Shown one piece after another: positions 44,168 through 52,750 of a DNA stretch of 64,000 nucleotides. Each line of letters starts with the position of its first letter. Positions within the stretch are counted from its first letter, which is position 1. A program made the translations under genes and the position numbers. The notes beneath the pieces were generated by a model. That model ran no database searches and was not told the origin of the DNA. It worked only from the letters and a program-made list of their open reading frames with translations. The stretch comes from Candidatus Aminicenantes bacterium (lineage in GTDB: Bacteria; Acidobacteriota; Aminicenantia; Aminicenantales; Aminicenantaceae). The stretch spans positions 4,221,299 through 4,285,298 of the forward strand of contig CP070825.1 of NCBI GenBank assembly GCA_020344415.1. Direction: 5' to 3'.

Positions 44168-46465
44168 ATGTTTTTTTTGCTTCCTATAGGTCACGAAAGC
44201 GACAAAGTTCGAAGACTCCCCTGGGTTACATTCTTCATAATGGCAACGTGTTTAATCGTACACATATACGTAACCATTGAAATCAACAAAACAGTTAAAG
44301 AGTTGGAGAGCATGGGGAGAGAGCTCGTGAATTACTATTTTCAACATCCCTACCTCGAACTAGATGAAGAAACCAAAAAGCTTCTTTTCGGAGCACAGAA
44401 CACTGAACAAGTCGATGAAATGATCGAAACCTATCGCGAAGCAGCCTCTCGCCGCGTCCATATCATGCAGGAAGAGGAACAGGAGGAATTAGATCAACTG
44501 GCGGCGGGTCTGAAAAGTCAACTAGACGAATTTCCTTACAGAAAATGGGGATTCATTCCAGCCAAAAAAACCTTCATGGGACTTCTTACTCATATGTTCA
44601 TTCATGGCGGCTGGCTGCATTTGCTTGGGAATTTGCTTTTCCTTTATTTGACAGGCCCTTTTATCGAAGATGTCTGGGGAAGACCGCTTTTTGCAGGCTT
44701 TTATGTGATATCGGGAGTGTTTGCGGCTGCCATGTATGCTACTCACTATCCCAATTTTTCTGGCCCATTGATAGGGGCGTCCGGTGCAATTGCTGGAGTC
44801 ATGGGGGCTTTTCTGATCAGATACTTTACAACGAGAATTAAATTTTTCTATATTTTTCTCCTTGTAGTTAGGGGAACATTCAAGGCTCCCGCCTGGCTGA
44901 TGATGCCGCTATGGCTGGGTTTGGAAGTTATGAATGGCAAGGCCCTGGATGCGATCAATCCTGGAGGCGGTGGTGTTGCCCATTGGGCCCACGTATGGGG
45001 ATTTGTTCTTGGAGTTGTGATAGCATGGGGGATGAAGTCTTTCAAGGTAGAGGAAAAATATATTCATCCAAAGATTGAATCTCAAATCTCATTTGTGGAT
45101 GAAGGATTCGTGGCTCATGATGAAGCACTCAAGTTGAGACTCGAAGGAAGGTTAGATGAAGCCTATGCCCTCCTCCTTGAGACAGCGAGAAAACATCCTA
45201 CGAATCAAGATGTAGTGGAAAACTTATGGAATCTTGGTGTTGAAATAGGGAATGAAAATGAAGCGGCAGAATACTTGATCAGGCTGATTGAGAACGAAGT
45301 CAGGCGTGACCAGGTAGAATTAGCATTGGATCATTTTTTAAGTTTGAAATCGCGAATTCCTCAAGCTTCCATCAGCCTGACATATAAGTTTACGCTTATG
45401 AAGCATTTAGCCGAGCGCCAGAATATTGAAGAAGCAGAAAATTTGGCCAATGAGATTCTTGGCGAAGTCAGTTTGAATACTCCTGCTGGATTACTGCAGA
45501 ATTTTGCCAGCACCACTTTGCAAGTTAATCCTTCAATAGCACAAAAGGTGATAGAAATATGTCTTCAGCATCAGGAGATTCCCGAAGACCAAAAGGATAA
45601 GCTCAAAGCTGATTTGGATGCAGCGCAGAAAGACCAGAAAACCGCTGCAGCCGTCAGAGATATGCAAAACGTAACGACAACACCAGGTATCCCGCCACCA
45701 TCAGGAAGCCCGGTGATGCCTGGAACTCCAGGAGCGCCAAGAAGCCCAACAGTACCTGAAACCTCAGCCACACCTGGCAGTCCGATGGAGCCAGGAAGAC
45801 CGGTGTCACCTGAGAGTTCGCTGGCAACAGAAAGCCCGACCGCGCCAGGGGGGCCAGCAGCGCCAGATACTTCAATGACACCAGGTGCTCCACCGGCTCC
45901 AGGAACTCCAATGGCATCTGAATCCCCAGAGGCAATTCAAAGCCCGATGCCGCCTGAAAGTCGAGCGGTACCAGGAGGTCCGGCAGCACCAGAAACCCCA
46001 GGCGAACCTGAACCCGGTATATCTAGCCAGCCTCGAAGAAGCACTTCAGCGCAGAAATCTATAAGAGTCTACAAAGCAATCCCTCTTGATATTAAAGAAG
46101 ATAAGCTGGATTTGAACACGGAAGAGTTCGGCCAGAAATCGCTTGCGTTCAGTAAAGTAAAGGCCATCGCTGTTGCTGAAATTTCATCCCCCCAGGATCT
46201 GCCTTACGAATTAATTGACCTTTTTCTTGAAGATCCGAAGACAAATGTCCAAAATATTAAAGCTGTCAGGCTTTTCACCACAGGCTTCAACCCGAGAAAG
46301 TTTTTTCCAGATATGCAAGATCAAAATGAGGCATTGAAAGCGCTTATTACGACTGTTCTAGAGAAGAGTAGCGCTACTCCTTACCCTGACAAGAACTCAG
46401 TTCTGCTCGATCCTCCCAATATTTTCGGTTCTATACTGGAATACGAAAGGTCGATTTTATCTTAA
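44168..46465 (+). CDS. Rhomboid-family intramembrane serine protease with cytoplasmic TPR-like region, Pro-rich linker and C-terminal domain of unknown function
   Basis: HMFIHGGWLHLLGNLLFLYLTG, GASGAIAGVMG (GxSG) and HWAHVWGF (catalytic His). Confidence 0.85.
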   Translation: MFFLLPIGHESDKVRRLPWVTFFIMATCLIVHIYVTIEINKTVKELESMGRELVNYYFQHPYLELDEETKKLLFGAQNTEQVDEMIETYREAASRRVHIMQEEEQEELDQLAAGLKSQLDEFPYRKWGFIPAKKTFMGLLTHMFIHGGWLHLLGNLLFLYLTGPFIEDVWGRPLFAGFYVISGVFAAAMYATHYPNFSGPLIGASGAIAGVMGAFLIRYFTTRIKFFYIFLLVVRGTFKAPAWLMMPLWLGLEVMNGKALDAINPGGGGVAHWAHVWGFVLGVVIAWGMKSFKVEEKYIHPKIESQISFVDEGFVAHDEALKLRLEGRLDEAYALLLETARKHPTNQDVVENLWNLGVEIGNENEAAEYLIRLIENEVRRDQVELALDHFLSLKSRIPQASISLTYKFTLMKHLAERQNIEEAENLANEILGEVSLNTPAGLLQNFASTTLQVNPSIAQKVIEICLQHQEIPEDQKDKLKADLDAAQKDQKTAAAVRDMQNVTTTPGIPPPSGSPVMPGTPGAPRSPTVPETSATPGSPMEPGRPVSPESSLATESPTAPGGPAAPDTSMTPGAPPAPGTPMASESPEAIQSPMPPESRAVPGGPAAPETPGEPEPGISSQPRRSTSAQKSIRVYKAIPLDIKEDKLDLNTEEFGQKSLAFSKVKAIAVAEISSPQDLPYELIDLFLEDPKTNVQNIKAVRLFTTGFNPRKFFPDMQDQNEALKALITTVLEKSSATPYPDKNSVLLDPPNIFGSILEYERSILS
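45676..46017 (+). repeat. Low-complexity Pro/Gly/Ser-rich coding repeat (P-G-x-P-x-x-P units) inside the rhomboid gene
   Basis: TPGIPPPSGSPVMPGTPGAPRSPTVPETSATPGSPMEPGRPVSPE...PGGPAAPETPGEPEP, with recurring ccagg(a/t)(a/g)c(t/c)cc DNA units. Confidence 0.7.
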
Positions 46466-46688
46466 AATACAGGTTATAGTATTGACTTCCCCTGCCTTTT
46501 ATTTCTTCAGTTCTTCACTTTTTTAATTTTTTCAAAGCATCAAAAATAAGTTTTCCGTGATTTTTTCTCTATCCCTCGTCCAGAGGAAGAATGAAGATTG
46601 TATAGAGTGTTCTGAATATGGCACAATGCTTATTTGACTTTAGAAGCAAGTAATATTATTTTTCAAAGAAAGTTTAAAGGGATGAAAA

Positions 46689-47108
46689 ATGGCTAAACTC
46701 ATAAGATTCGGCGTTTCTCTTGGAGCAGAATTATTAGGAAAGTTTGATTCACTGATAAGAGCTAGAGGTTACAAAAGCCGCTCAGAAGCCATTCGCGATC
46801 TGATAAGAGAGCAATTGGTATCTGAGGAATGGAGAGAGGAAAAAAAAGAAACTGTGGGCATACTTGGTCTTGTTTATAACCATGAAGAAAGGGAACTGAC
46901 AAAGAAACTCACCAGACTTCAACATAAGTACCTTGATTTGGTTATCTCTTCAACGCACATTCACCTGGATAAACACAACTGCCTGGAAGTTATAGTCTTA
47001 AAAGGAAAAAGCTATTTGATCAAAAATATTTCTGATGAACTCTTGAGCACAGGAAGCGTGAAACACGGAAAATTACTTATGACCACTACGGGTAAGGATA
47101 TTGGCTGA
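46689..47108 (+). CDS. nikR: Nickel-responsive transcriptional regulator NikR (ribbon-helix-helix + ACT-like Ni-binding domain)
   Basis: RFGVSL..LL..FD.LI..RGYKSRSEAIRDLIR, VYNHEERELT, THIHLDKHNCLEVIVLKG (His-x-His and Cys Ni ligands), VKHGKL. Colinear with E. coli NikR. Confidence 0.9.
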   Translation: MAKLIRFGVSLGAELLGKFDSLIRARGYKSRSEAIRDLIREQLVSEEWREEKKETVGILGLVYNHEERELTKKLTRLQHKYLDLVISSTHIHLDKHNCLEVIVLKGKSYLIKNISDELLSTGSVKHGKLLMTTTGKDIG

Positions 47109-47185
47109 ACTTATTTTTCAGAGGTTCTGCATCTCAGTAGATCACCTATAAAGAATTTCTAGGCATCCTGATTACTAAAATAGGC

Positions 47186-47213
47186 TTGACATTTGGGGAA
47201 ATGGTGTTACTAT
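47186..47213 (+). promoter_or_regulatory. Sigma-70-type promoter of the TonB-dependent receptor gene: TTGACA - 16 nt - TACTAT
   Basis: TTGACA at 47186-47191 and TACTAT at 47208-47213, 39 nt upstream of the ATG at 47252, with AAGGAG at 47241-47246. Confidence 0.55.
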
Positions 47214-47230
47214 TTTCAATATAGTAACAC
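47204..47230. promoter_or_regulatory. Candidate NikR operator: perfect palindrome GTGTTACTAT-TTTCAAT-ATAGTAACAC (GTGTTAC-N13-GTAACAC)
   Basis: 10-bp arms are exact reverse complements. It overlaps the -10 element and lies between nikR and the receptor gene. Confidence 0.7.
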
Positions 47231-47251
47231 TAATATTGTAAAGGAGCATAA

Positions 47252-49108
47252 ATGTCTGGGAAAAAAAGCTTTTTTCTTATTCTTCTACTGGTGTTTGTCG
47301 CACTAACCGGCGATTTTGTTCTTGCCCAGAAAACCAAGGAAAAAAAGAGGAGGAAAGAAAAAGAGTCAACCTTTCATCCTCATGAAGAAATTGTTGTTAC
47401 AGCCACCATGACTCCAAGGTCTGTTAAGGACTGTTCAGCCTCGGTGAGCGTTGTCAGCGAAGTTGACATAAAGGCAACAGCAGCAAGCAATGTCCTCAAT
47501 CTTTTGAACAACCAGCCTGGAGTTTTTATTCGCAAAACAGGTGATTTTGGCAGGGCTGATGTGGATATCAGAGGCATTGGCCAGAGAGGACGGAGAATAG
47601 CTATTCTTGTAGATGGACGTCCAGAGAAGATGGGTCTTTTTGGTTGCGCTGTAACACATGCTTTCCCTCTTGATAATGTTGAGAGGATCGAGGTCGTCAG
47701 AGGACCCTCTTCTGTTCTTTACGGTTCAGAAGCTCTGGGTGGTGTGGTCAATATTATCACTCGCATGCCAAGAGAGAAATTCGAGAGCGATTTCAGTGCA
47801 TCTTATGGGAGTTTTAACACTCAGCAATTTAACCTCCGATTTGGAGGAAATTTAAACAGATTCCGCTACTATTTCACTTTGGACCGAAGAAGTAGCGATG
47901 GACATCGGGAAAATTCAAGCTACTCTGGAAACGCTTTTACCGGAAAAATGGCCTATGATCTTTCAGAGCGCTTTCAAGTGAGTTTTCAAGGAAAATATTT
48001 TGATGGGAAAAAGCATGAAGCTGGCCCCATAGATTTTGCGCTCGAAGATTTTTGGAATAGCTATAAGAGAGGAGTCTTGGATTTTAGCTTAACTGGAAAA
48101 GGAGAAAAAGACGAGATTTTCTTAAAAATCTATGGTAATTTCGGACATCATCGATTCTCTGATGGCTGGCACTCAAGAGATTTTATTAACGGAGGGGTAA
48201 TCCGATACACCACGAGAAAGATTTCGAACAACGAATTAACCGTTGGCGCGGATTTTCGTATTCTGGGTGGAAAGAGCTATTACTGGCCCAAGGGAAACTG
48301 GGATAAAAGTGAGGCAGCCATATTCTTTCAGGATGAACATGTATTTTGGAAAAAGTTCATCCTTTCTGTTGGTATGCGTTTTCATAGGGATTCTCTTTTC
48401 GGGATCGAGATCTGCCCTCATGGAGGGCTTGTTTACCAGCTCAGTGAAAAGACTTCTCTAAGGGGGACTATTAACAAAGGGTTTCGCTCGCCTCAACTGA
48501 ATGAGCTATACATGTACCCGGCTGCAAACTCGGAATTAAAACCAGAGAGAGTATGGAACTATGAAATGGGCTTCAAACAGAAAATTGCTCACTGGCTCAC
48601 TTTGGATGGCGCCTTTTATCTGATCAAAGGATTTGATTTGATAGAGACGCAGCCATATGTTTCTCCGCCGCCGGCATTCAAATTTGTAAATATCGGGAAA
48701 TTCGATTTCAAAGGTGCAGAACTTTCCCTTAAAGCAGCTCTCAATAAGAGTCTCTCTGGAATCCTGTTTTATACATATCTAGATCCTGGAGATAAGACAA
48801 AAGGAAGGCCTGGACAGAAATTGGACTTTTCCCTCCGGCTCAGGAAAAAATCCTTTTATGTCTCTCTTCATGCTCAATATGTAACGGATTATTTTGCCAG
48901 TGATTTTTCAGAAGAAGCTTTGCCTTCCTATTTCCTTCTTAACTCAAGGTTGATTGTGGATATTTCCAGAAATATAGAGCTTTTCCTCGACCTCAACAAT
49001 ATCTTTAATAAAGAATACAGTATTTTTGTAGATTTGCCTGGCATAGCAACTGGAATCTACCCTATGCCCGGACTGAATCTGAATATCGGTTTTAGGTTAA
49101 AGCACTGA
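47252..49108 (+). CDS. TonB-dependent outer-membrane receptor (small, BtuB-sized); candidate nickel (or cobalt) uptake receptor
   Basis: Signal peptide. Plug domain (EEIVVTATMTPRS..., IERIEVVRGPSSVLYGSEALGGVVNIIT). Beta-barrel with alternating hydrophobic pattern to the C-terminus. The substrate is inferred only from the NikR context. Confidence 0.85.
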   Translation: MSGKKSFFLILLLVFVALTGDFVLAQKTKEKKRRKEKESTFHPHEEIVVTATMTPRSVKDCSASVSVVSEVDIKATAASNVLNLLNNQPGVFIRKTGDFGRADVDIRGIGQRGRRIAILVDGRPEKMGLFGCAVTHAFPLDNVERIEVVRGPSSVLYGSEALGGVVNIITRMPREKFESDFSASYGSFNTQQFNLRFGGNLNRFRYYFTLDRRSSDGHRENSSYSGNAFTGKMAYDLSERFQVSFQGKYFDGKKHEAGPIDFALEDFWNSYKRGVLDFSLTGKGEKDEIFLKIYGNFGHHRFSDGWHSRDFINGGVIRYTTRKISNNELTVGADFRILGGKSYYWPKGNWDKSEAAIFFQDEHVFWKKFILSVGMRFHRDSLFGIEICPHGGLVYQLSEKTSLRGTINKGFRSPQLNELYMYPAANSELKPERVWNYEMGFKQKIAHWLTLDGAFYLIKGFDLIETQPYVSPPPAFKFVNIGKFDFKGAELSLKAALNKSLSGILFYTYLDPGDKTKGRPGQKLDFSLRLRKKSFYVSLHAQYVTDYFASDFSEEALPSYFLLNSRLIVDISRNIELFLDLNNIFNKEYSIFVDLPGIATGIYPMPGLNLNIGFRLKH

Positions 49109-49115
49109 AATATTC

Positions 49116-49139
49116 TGGTCGGAACCGACCACTCTTTTT
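49116..49139 (+). terminator. Rho-independent terminator after the receptor gene
   Basis: TGGTCGG-AA-CCGACCA followed by CTCTTTTT, 8 nt after the stop. Confidence 0.6.
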
Positions 49140-49555
49140 GATTCTATCCTACAAATAAAGCGGCGTGGCCAAGAAAAGGGTAGAAAGCACGTTTTGCGGC
49201 CCTTAGCTTCATCTTAACTCACCTGTACACTAAACCGCTAAAACGTCGCCAGGATTGTCTCCTCTATTCTGTGGCTGCATAGAATGTGCCTTTATTCATA
49301 CAGACTATGTATCTTTCCTTCCCCACCCAACGGGTTTCGAATAAACAATACAAGCGAGAGAGACTTAGTCCGGCTTGTCCTTAATTTCTTCAGAAGAATG
49401 AAATATTTGCAGACTTATTGAAGTCCAGGTTACGATTAGTATATATTGCTGTTGTTGTGTCACATAGCTGGGATGAGGTGCCAGTATCATTTAATATCTA
49501 CAAGACAAAAAAGGAAAACTCTATTTACTTAAATAAATAAAAGGAGGTATATATC

Positions 49556-50644
49556 ATGCGCTACAAGAGAATTTTATTTTCTATTGTGGCTGTCTTGCTT
49601 TTCTGCTCTTATTTACCAGCCTTTGCTCAGTCTTCAACGGGTGATGAAAGCGCTGAATTGAAGTTTCTTCGCCGGCAGTTCGAGTCGCTGCACCATCGCT
49701 TGGACGAATTGGAGAAGGCCGTAGACGATGTTCTCTGGTACCACAAGGTTGGAGATGTTGCCTATGTGGATAAAGTCCGCATCGTGGGACCGCCGCGCTG
49801 GAAAGAGCCCAATCCGACCGCCCAAGGAGCAGGAAACCCGATCAAGTTTTACTCCTATGTAATTATTCCGAGAGATATAGACCGGAGCAAGAAATATCCT
49901 CTTCTTGTGTTTCCCCACGGCGGTGTACACAGCAACTTCAGTACGTACAATACACACATCATCCGAGAATTAGCGGCACAAGGCTATGTGATTATTGCAG
50001 CCGATTATCGAGGGAGTACAGGATATGGAAGAGGAATGTACGAGCTCATCGATTACGGAGGCCGGGAGGTTGAAGATGTTTATGCCAGCCGTAACTTCAT
50101 GCTGGAAAACTATGACTTTATCGATAAAGAGAGAGTTGGCATTCTTGGATGGAGCCATGGAGGATTGATTACCCTCATGAATATTTTCGATCATCCTGAG
50201 AGTTACAAGGTTGCTTTTGCCGGCGTGCCTGTGAGTGATCTTATCGCTCGGATGGGGTACAAGACCGACGGCTATAGAAAGCTTTATTCGGCCGATTACC
50301 ATATCGGAAAGACGGCTTATGAAAATGTCAATGAATACCGCCGCCGTTCCCCAGCCTGGAATGCGGAAAAGTTAAAGACCCCGCTTTTGATCCATACCAA
50401 CACCAATGATGCTGATGTAAACGTGCTTGAAGTCGAACATCTGATTAAATCACTCAAAGCCGCAGGTAAAAAGTTTGAATACGAGATTTTCCAGGATATT
50501 CCAGGAGGCCATTCGTTCGACAGGTTAGACACAAAAATAGGCAAGGAGATCAGGCTGAAGATCCATCGCTTTATAGCTCGTTATTTGAATCCACCCCATC
50601 CGTTCAAGTCAGTGGATGACCTCTTCAGAGCTGGATACAGATAA
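49556..50644 (+). CDS. S9 (prolyl oligopeptidase/dipeptidyl-peptidase) family alpha/beta hydrolase, catalytic domain only, exported
   Basis: Signal peptide. GILGWSHGG (GxSxG). ADYRGSTGYGR. C-terminal D and H (NTNDADV, PGGHSF). RBS AAAGGAGG. Confidence 0.8.
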   Translation: MRYKRILFSIVAVLLFCSYLPAFAQSSTGDESAELKFLRRQFESLHHRLDELEKAVDDVLWYHKVGDVAYVDKVRIVGPPRWKEPNPTAQGAGNPIKFYSYVIIPRDIDRSKKYPLLVFPHGGVHSNFSTYNTHIIRELAAQGYVIIAADYRGSTGYGRGMYELIDYGGREVEDVYASRNFMLENYDFIDKERVGILGWSHGGLITLMNIFDHPESYKVAFAGVPVSDLIARMGYKTDGYRKLYSADYHIGKTAYENVNEYRRRSPAWNAEKLKTPLLIHTNTNDADVNVLEVEHLIKSLKAAGKKFEYEIFQDIPGGHSFDRLDTKIGKEIRLKIHRFIARYLNPPHPFKSVDDLFRAGYR

Positions 50645-50788
50645 CAACGAGTAATATATACGACACACATTAAAGGTAAGACAAGCAATACAAGCAAAAG
50701 AAACCTGCTTGGATATTTTGCAGAAGCTCCAGTAGAAATGCGAGATTTATGATATAGCAAGATAAACTCAAAAAGGAGAAGAGAGGCA

Positions 50789-51058
50789 ATGCTATATTTA
50801 TTGGTTCGGCACAGAGTAGCAGACTTTGACAAGTGGTACTCGGTTTTCAAATCACACGCTGAGGCTCAGCGGGAAGCTGGCCTTAAGGATCTTCAACTTC
50901 TGAGGGATGCTGCAGATCCCAATATCATTGTCTGTTTATTTAAAGTGGATGATGTGCAGAAAGCGAGAGCTTTTACAGGATCCCGGGAAGCAGGCGATGC
51001 ACAAAGGGAGTCTGGCATCATTGGTGAGCCAGAGATTTTGTTACTGGATGAAATATAG
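50789..51058 (+). CDS. Small (89 aa) alpha+beta protein, possibly dimeric ferredoxin-like (ABM/Dabb-like), unknown function
   Basis: RBS AAAGGAG. The sequence is compact and well balanced. Family not firmly recognised. Confidence 0.4.
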   Translation: MLYLLVRHRVADFDKWYSVFKSHAEAQREAGLKDLQLLRDAADPNIIVCLFKVDDVQKARAFTGSREAGDAQRESGIIGEPEILLLDEI

Positions 51059-51274
51059 AAAGTAGATTCGTCAAAAGCGTATTCATCCCTGTGAAATTTT
51101 GTTTCCGGCTCGAAGAGAATCTCTTGTAGATTTTCGATTTATATATGAGAATTTAATCAGACAGGAAAAATTTTACTCGATCCTTCTCAACAAAATGACT
51201 TCAACTGAGGTAGAATTGAATGAGAATGAACAAGCTATCCATGCTCAAGTAAAATGTTATAGGAGATGTCTCTG

Positions 51275-52450
51275 ATGAAAAAAACATCTGGCTTTTTCAT
51301 TTGTTTTTGTTTGATGTTTTTTCCGCTTGTCTTCTATTCTCTCGAAAAAGAGCACTTTTTCATCGGCCAAGAAGACGGGGACGGCTTTCTGGCTATTCCT
51401 AGACATGTCCAGGAAGGTCCGGATGGAAATATCTATGTTTTCGATTGGGGCGATTTCTTCATAAAAGTCTACTCTCCTGGAGGCAAGTATCTGAGACGGA
51501 TGGGCGGAAGAGGTCAGGGTCCTGGTGAGGTCCAGAGAGCGGATGGAGCAGGTTTTGGTTTCACACAGGATGCAAAGCTGTATTTTACTGAGTTCTTCAG
51601 GGGACACAGGTGGATTACATTTATAGAATTGTCAGGAGAATTCATTAAGGTCTTGACTCCTGAGATAAATGAGTCTTTCGGGATCAACGATGCAATTCCT
51701 TTAGAGGATGGAGGGTTTCTCGTTCATTTTTCGTTCAGCTCCAAACCAGAGATGAAAAAGGATTATTATCTGTATAAAAGCCCGCAGTCTCTGGTTAGAA
51801 TAGACCAGGAAGGAAAGGTTATTTCAGAGATAATTAATAAAGAGCATTTTACTTTGATCTCAAGCCACGGGGATGGCGCCACTTCCAACCTTCCTTTTAT
51901 TCCCGTCTTCGAATGGATTCCCTTCAAGGATGATTCAATTCTCTTTACCGATGGGATGAGCAAAAATTTTAAAGTATACAATTACAAGGGAAGTCTTATC
52001 CGCGAGATCGAGACTGCACTTCCAGCACCTGTGAAAGTAAAATCCAGGGAGCTCAATGCGTGGAGGCAAAGAAGAGAGGAATTAATGATGCAGAGAAATC
52101 CGGGTTGGTATAACCGGTTTGGAAAAGTCATTGAAAAATATAAGAAATCCCTGTATGACAAGCCTAATGTGAGCGGAATTTCTTCGACACCTGAAGGGAA
52201 CTTGATTATCGCTGGCCCAGTTCAGTTTGAAGAAATGGAGAGAGATTACTGGCTTCTGGATGAGAGCGGAAAAATACTGACTCAAATGAGGTCAGCTGTT
52301 TGGGGGATTCGGATGTGCGAGCATTTTATCTTCTTCTACACAACCGATGAAGATCAAAATGAGCTGGTTCACTGTGTAAAGAGGAGAGGGCCTGAAAAAG
52401 AAGATTTTTTAAGAATAAAAGATTACGTTATTTCTTCTTCTTTCCCATAG
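51275..52450 (+). CDS. Exported 6-bladed beta-propeller (NHL-like) protein, unknown function
   Basis: MKKTSGFFICFCLMFF is a signal sequence. IYVFDWGDFFIKVYSPGGKYLRRMGGRGQGPGEV is an NHL-like blade. The ATG at 51275 has AGGAG 9 nt upstream. Confidence 0.55.
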   Translation: MKKTSGFFICFCLMFFPLVFYSLEKEHFFIGQEDGDGFLAIPRHVQEGPDGNIYVFDWGDFFIKVYSPGGKYLRRMGGRGQGPGEVQRADGAGFGFTQDAKLYFTEFFRGHRWITFIELSGEFIKVLTPEINESFGINDAIPLEDGGFLVHFSFSSKPEMKKDYYLYKSPQSLVRIDQEGKVISEIINKEHFTLISSHGDGATSNLPFIPVFEWIPFKDDSILFTDGMSKNFKVYNYKGSLIREIETALPAPVKVKSRELNAWRQRREELMMQRNPGWYNRFGKVIEKYKKSLYDKPNVSGISSTPEGNLIIAGPVQFEEMERDYWLLDESGKILTQMRSAVWGIRMCEHFIFFYTTDEDQNELVHCVKRRGPEKEDFLRIKDYVISSSFP

Positions 52451-52477
52451 GAGCTCTGACCCCATTTACCAGTAAAA

Positions 52478-52651
52478 GTAAAAGGGGACAGTCCCCCTTT
52501 TTCAAAAGGTAAAAGGGGACAGTCCCCCCATTTTTCATGATTAATTGTCATTGCGAGTGAAGCGTGGCAATCTTACAACATTTATGCAGGGGCTTGATGA
52601 ATCAAGCCCCTGCAGTATTGGAAAAAAGTAGCATGCCCCCTTTTTTTTACC
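52478..52651. repeat. Repeat cluster R1, mosaic of modules E-E-D-C-B'
   Basis: E = GTAAAAGGGGACAGTCCCCC at 52478 and 52509 (31-nt period; GC hairpin plus T-run, terminator-like). D = GTCATTGCGAGTGAAGCGTGGCAATCT at 52547-52573. C = perfect 14-bp-arm palindrome TGCAGGGGCTTGAT-GA-ATCAAGCCCCTGCA at 52585-52614. B' = GGAAAAAAGTAGC... at 52619-52651. Confidence 0.8.
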
Positions 52652-52750
52652 CTTTTTTCGTTTTTTCCCAAGAGACCAAATCCTTCTTGTTGTATTGCAT
52701 AATACCGTATAAATTGGTAAAACTACAAAAAATTATAGAAAGGATTAAAG

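Noticed and set aside
45676-46017. Pro-rich repeat considered as a collagen-like or mobile repeat element
   Set aside because: There is no Gly-X-Y periodicity and no DNA-level long repeats. It is an in-frame low-complexity linker within the rhomboid gene.
49140-49555. 416-nt non-coding gap after the receptor-gene terminator; searched for tRNA, sRNA or riboswitch features
   Set aside because: There is no cloverleaf-compatible sequence, no recognisable riboswitch core and no ORF with an RBS. Nothing supports a call without an Rfam or covariance scan.
52478-52535. Two direct copies of GTAAAAGGGGACAGTCCCCC with a 31-nt period; considered as a mini CRISPR array
   Set aside because: There are only two adjacent copies (a third is 270 nt away inside a CDS). 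The repeat is 20 nt with about 11-nt spacers, each copy is a GC hairpin followed by a T-run (terminator-like), and there are no cas genes. It does not have CRISPR geometry.
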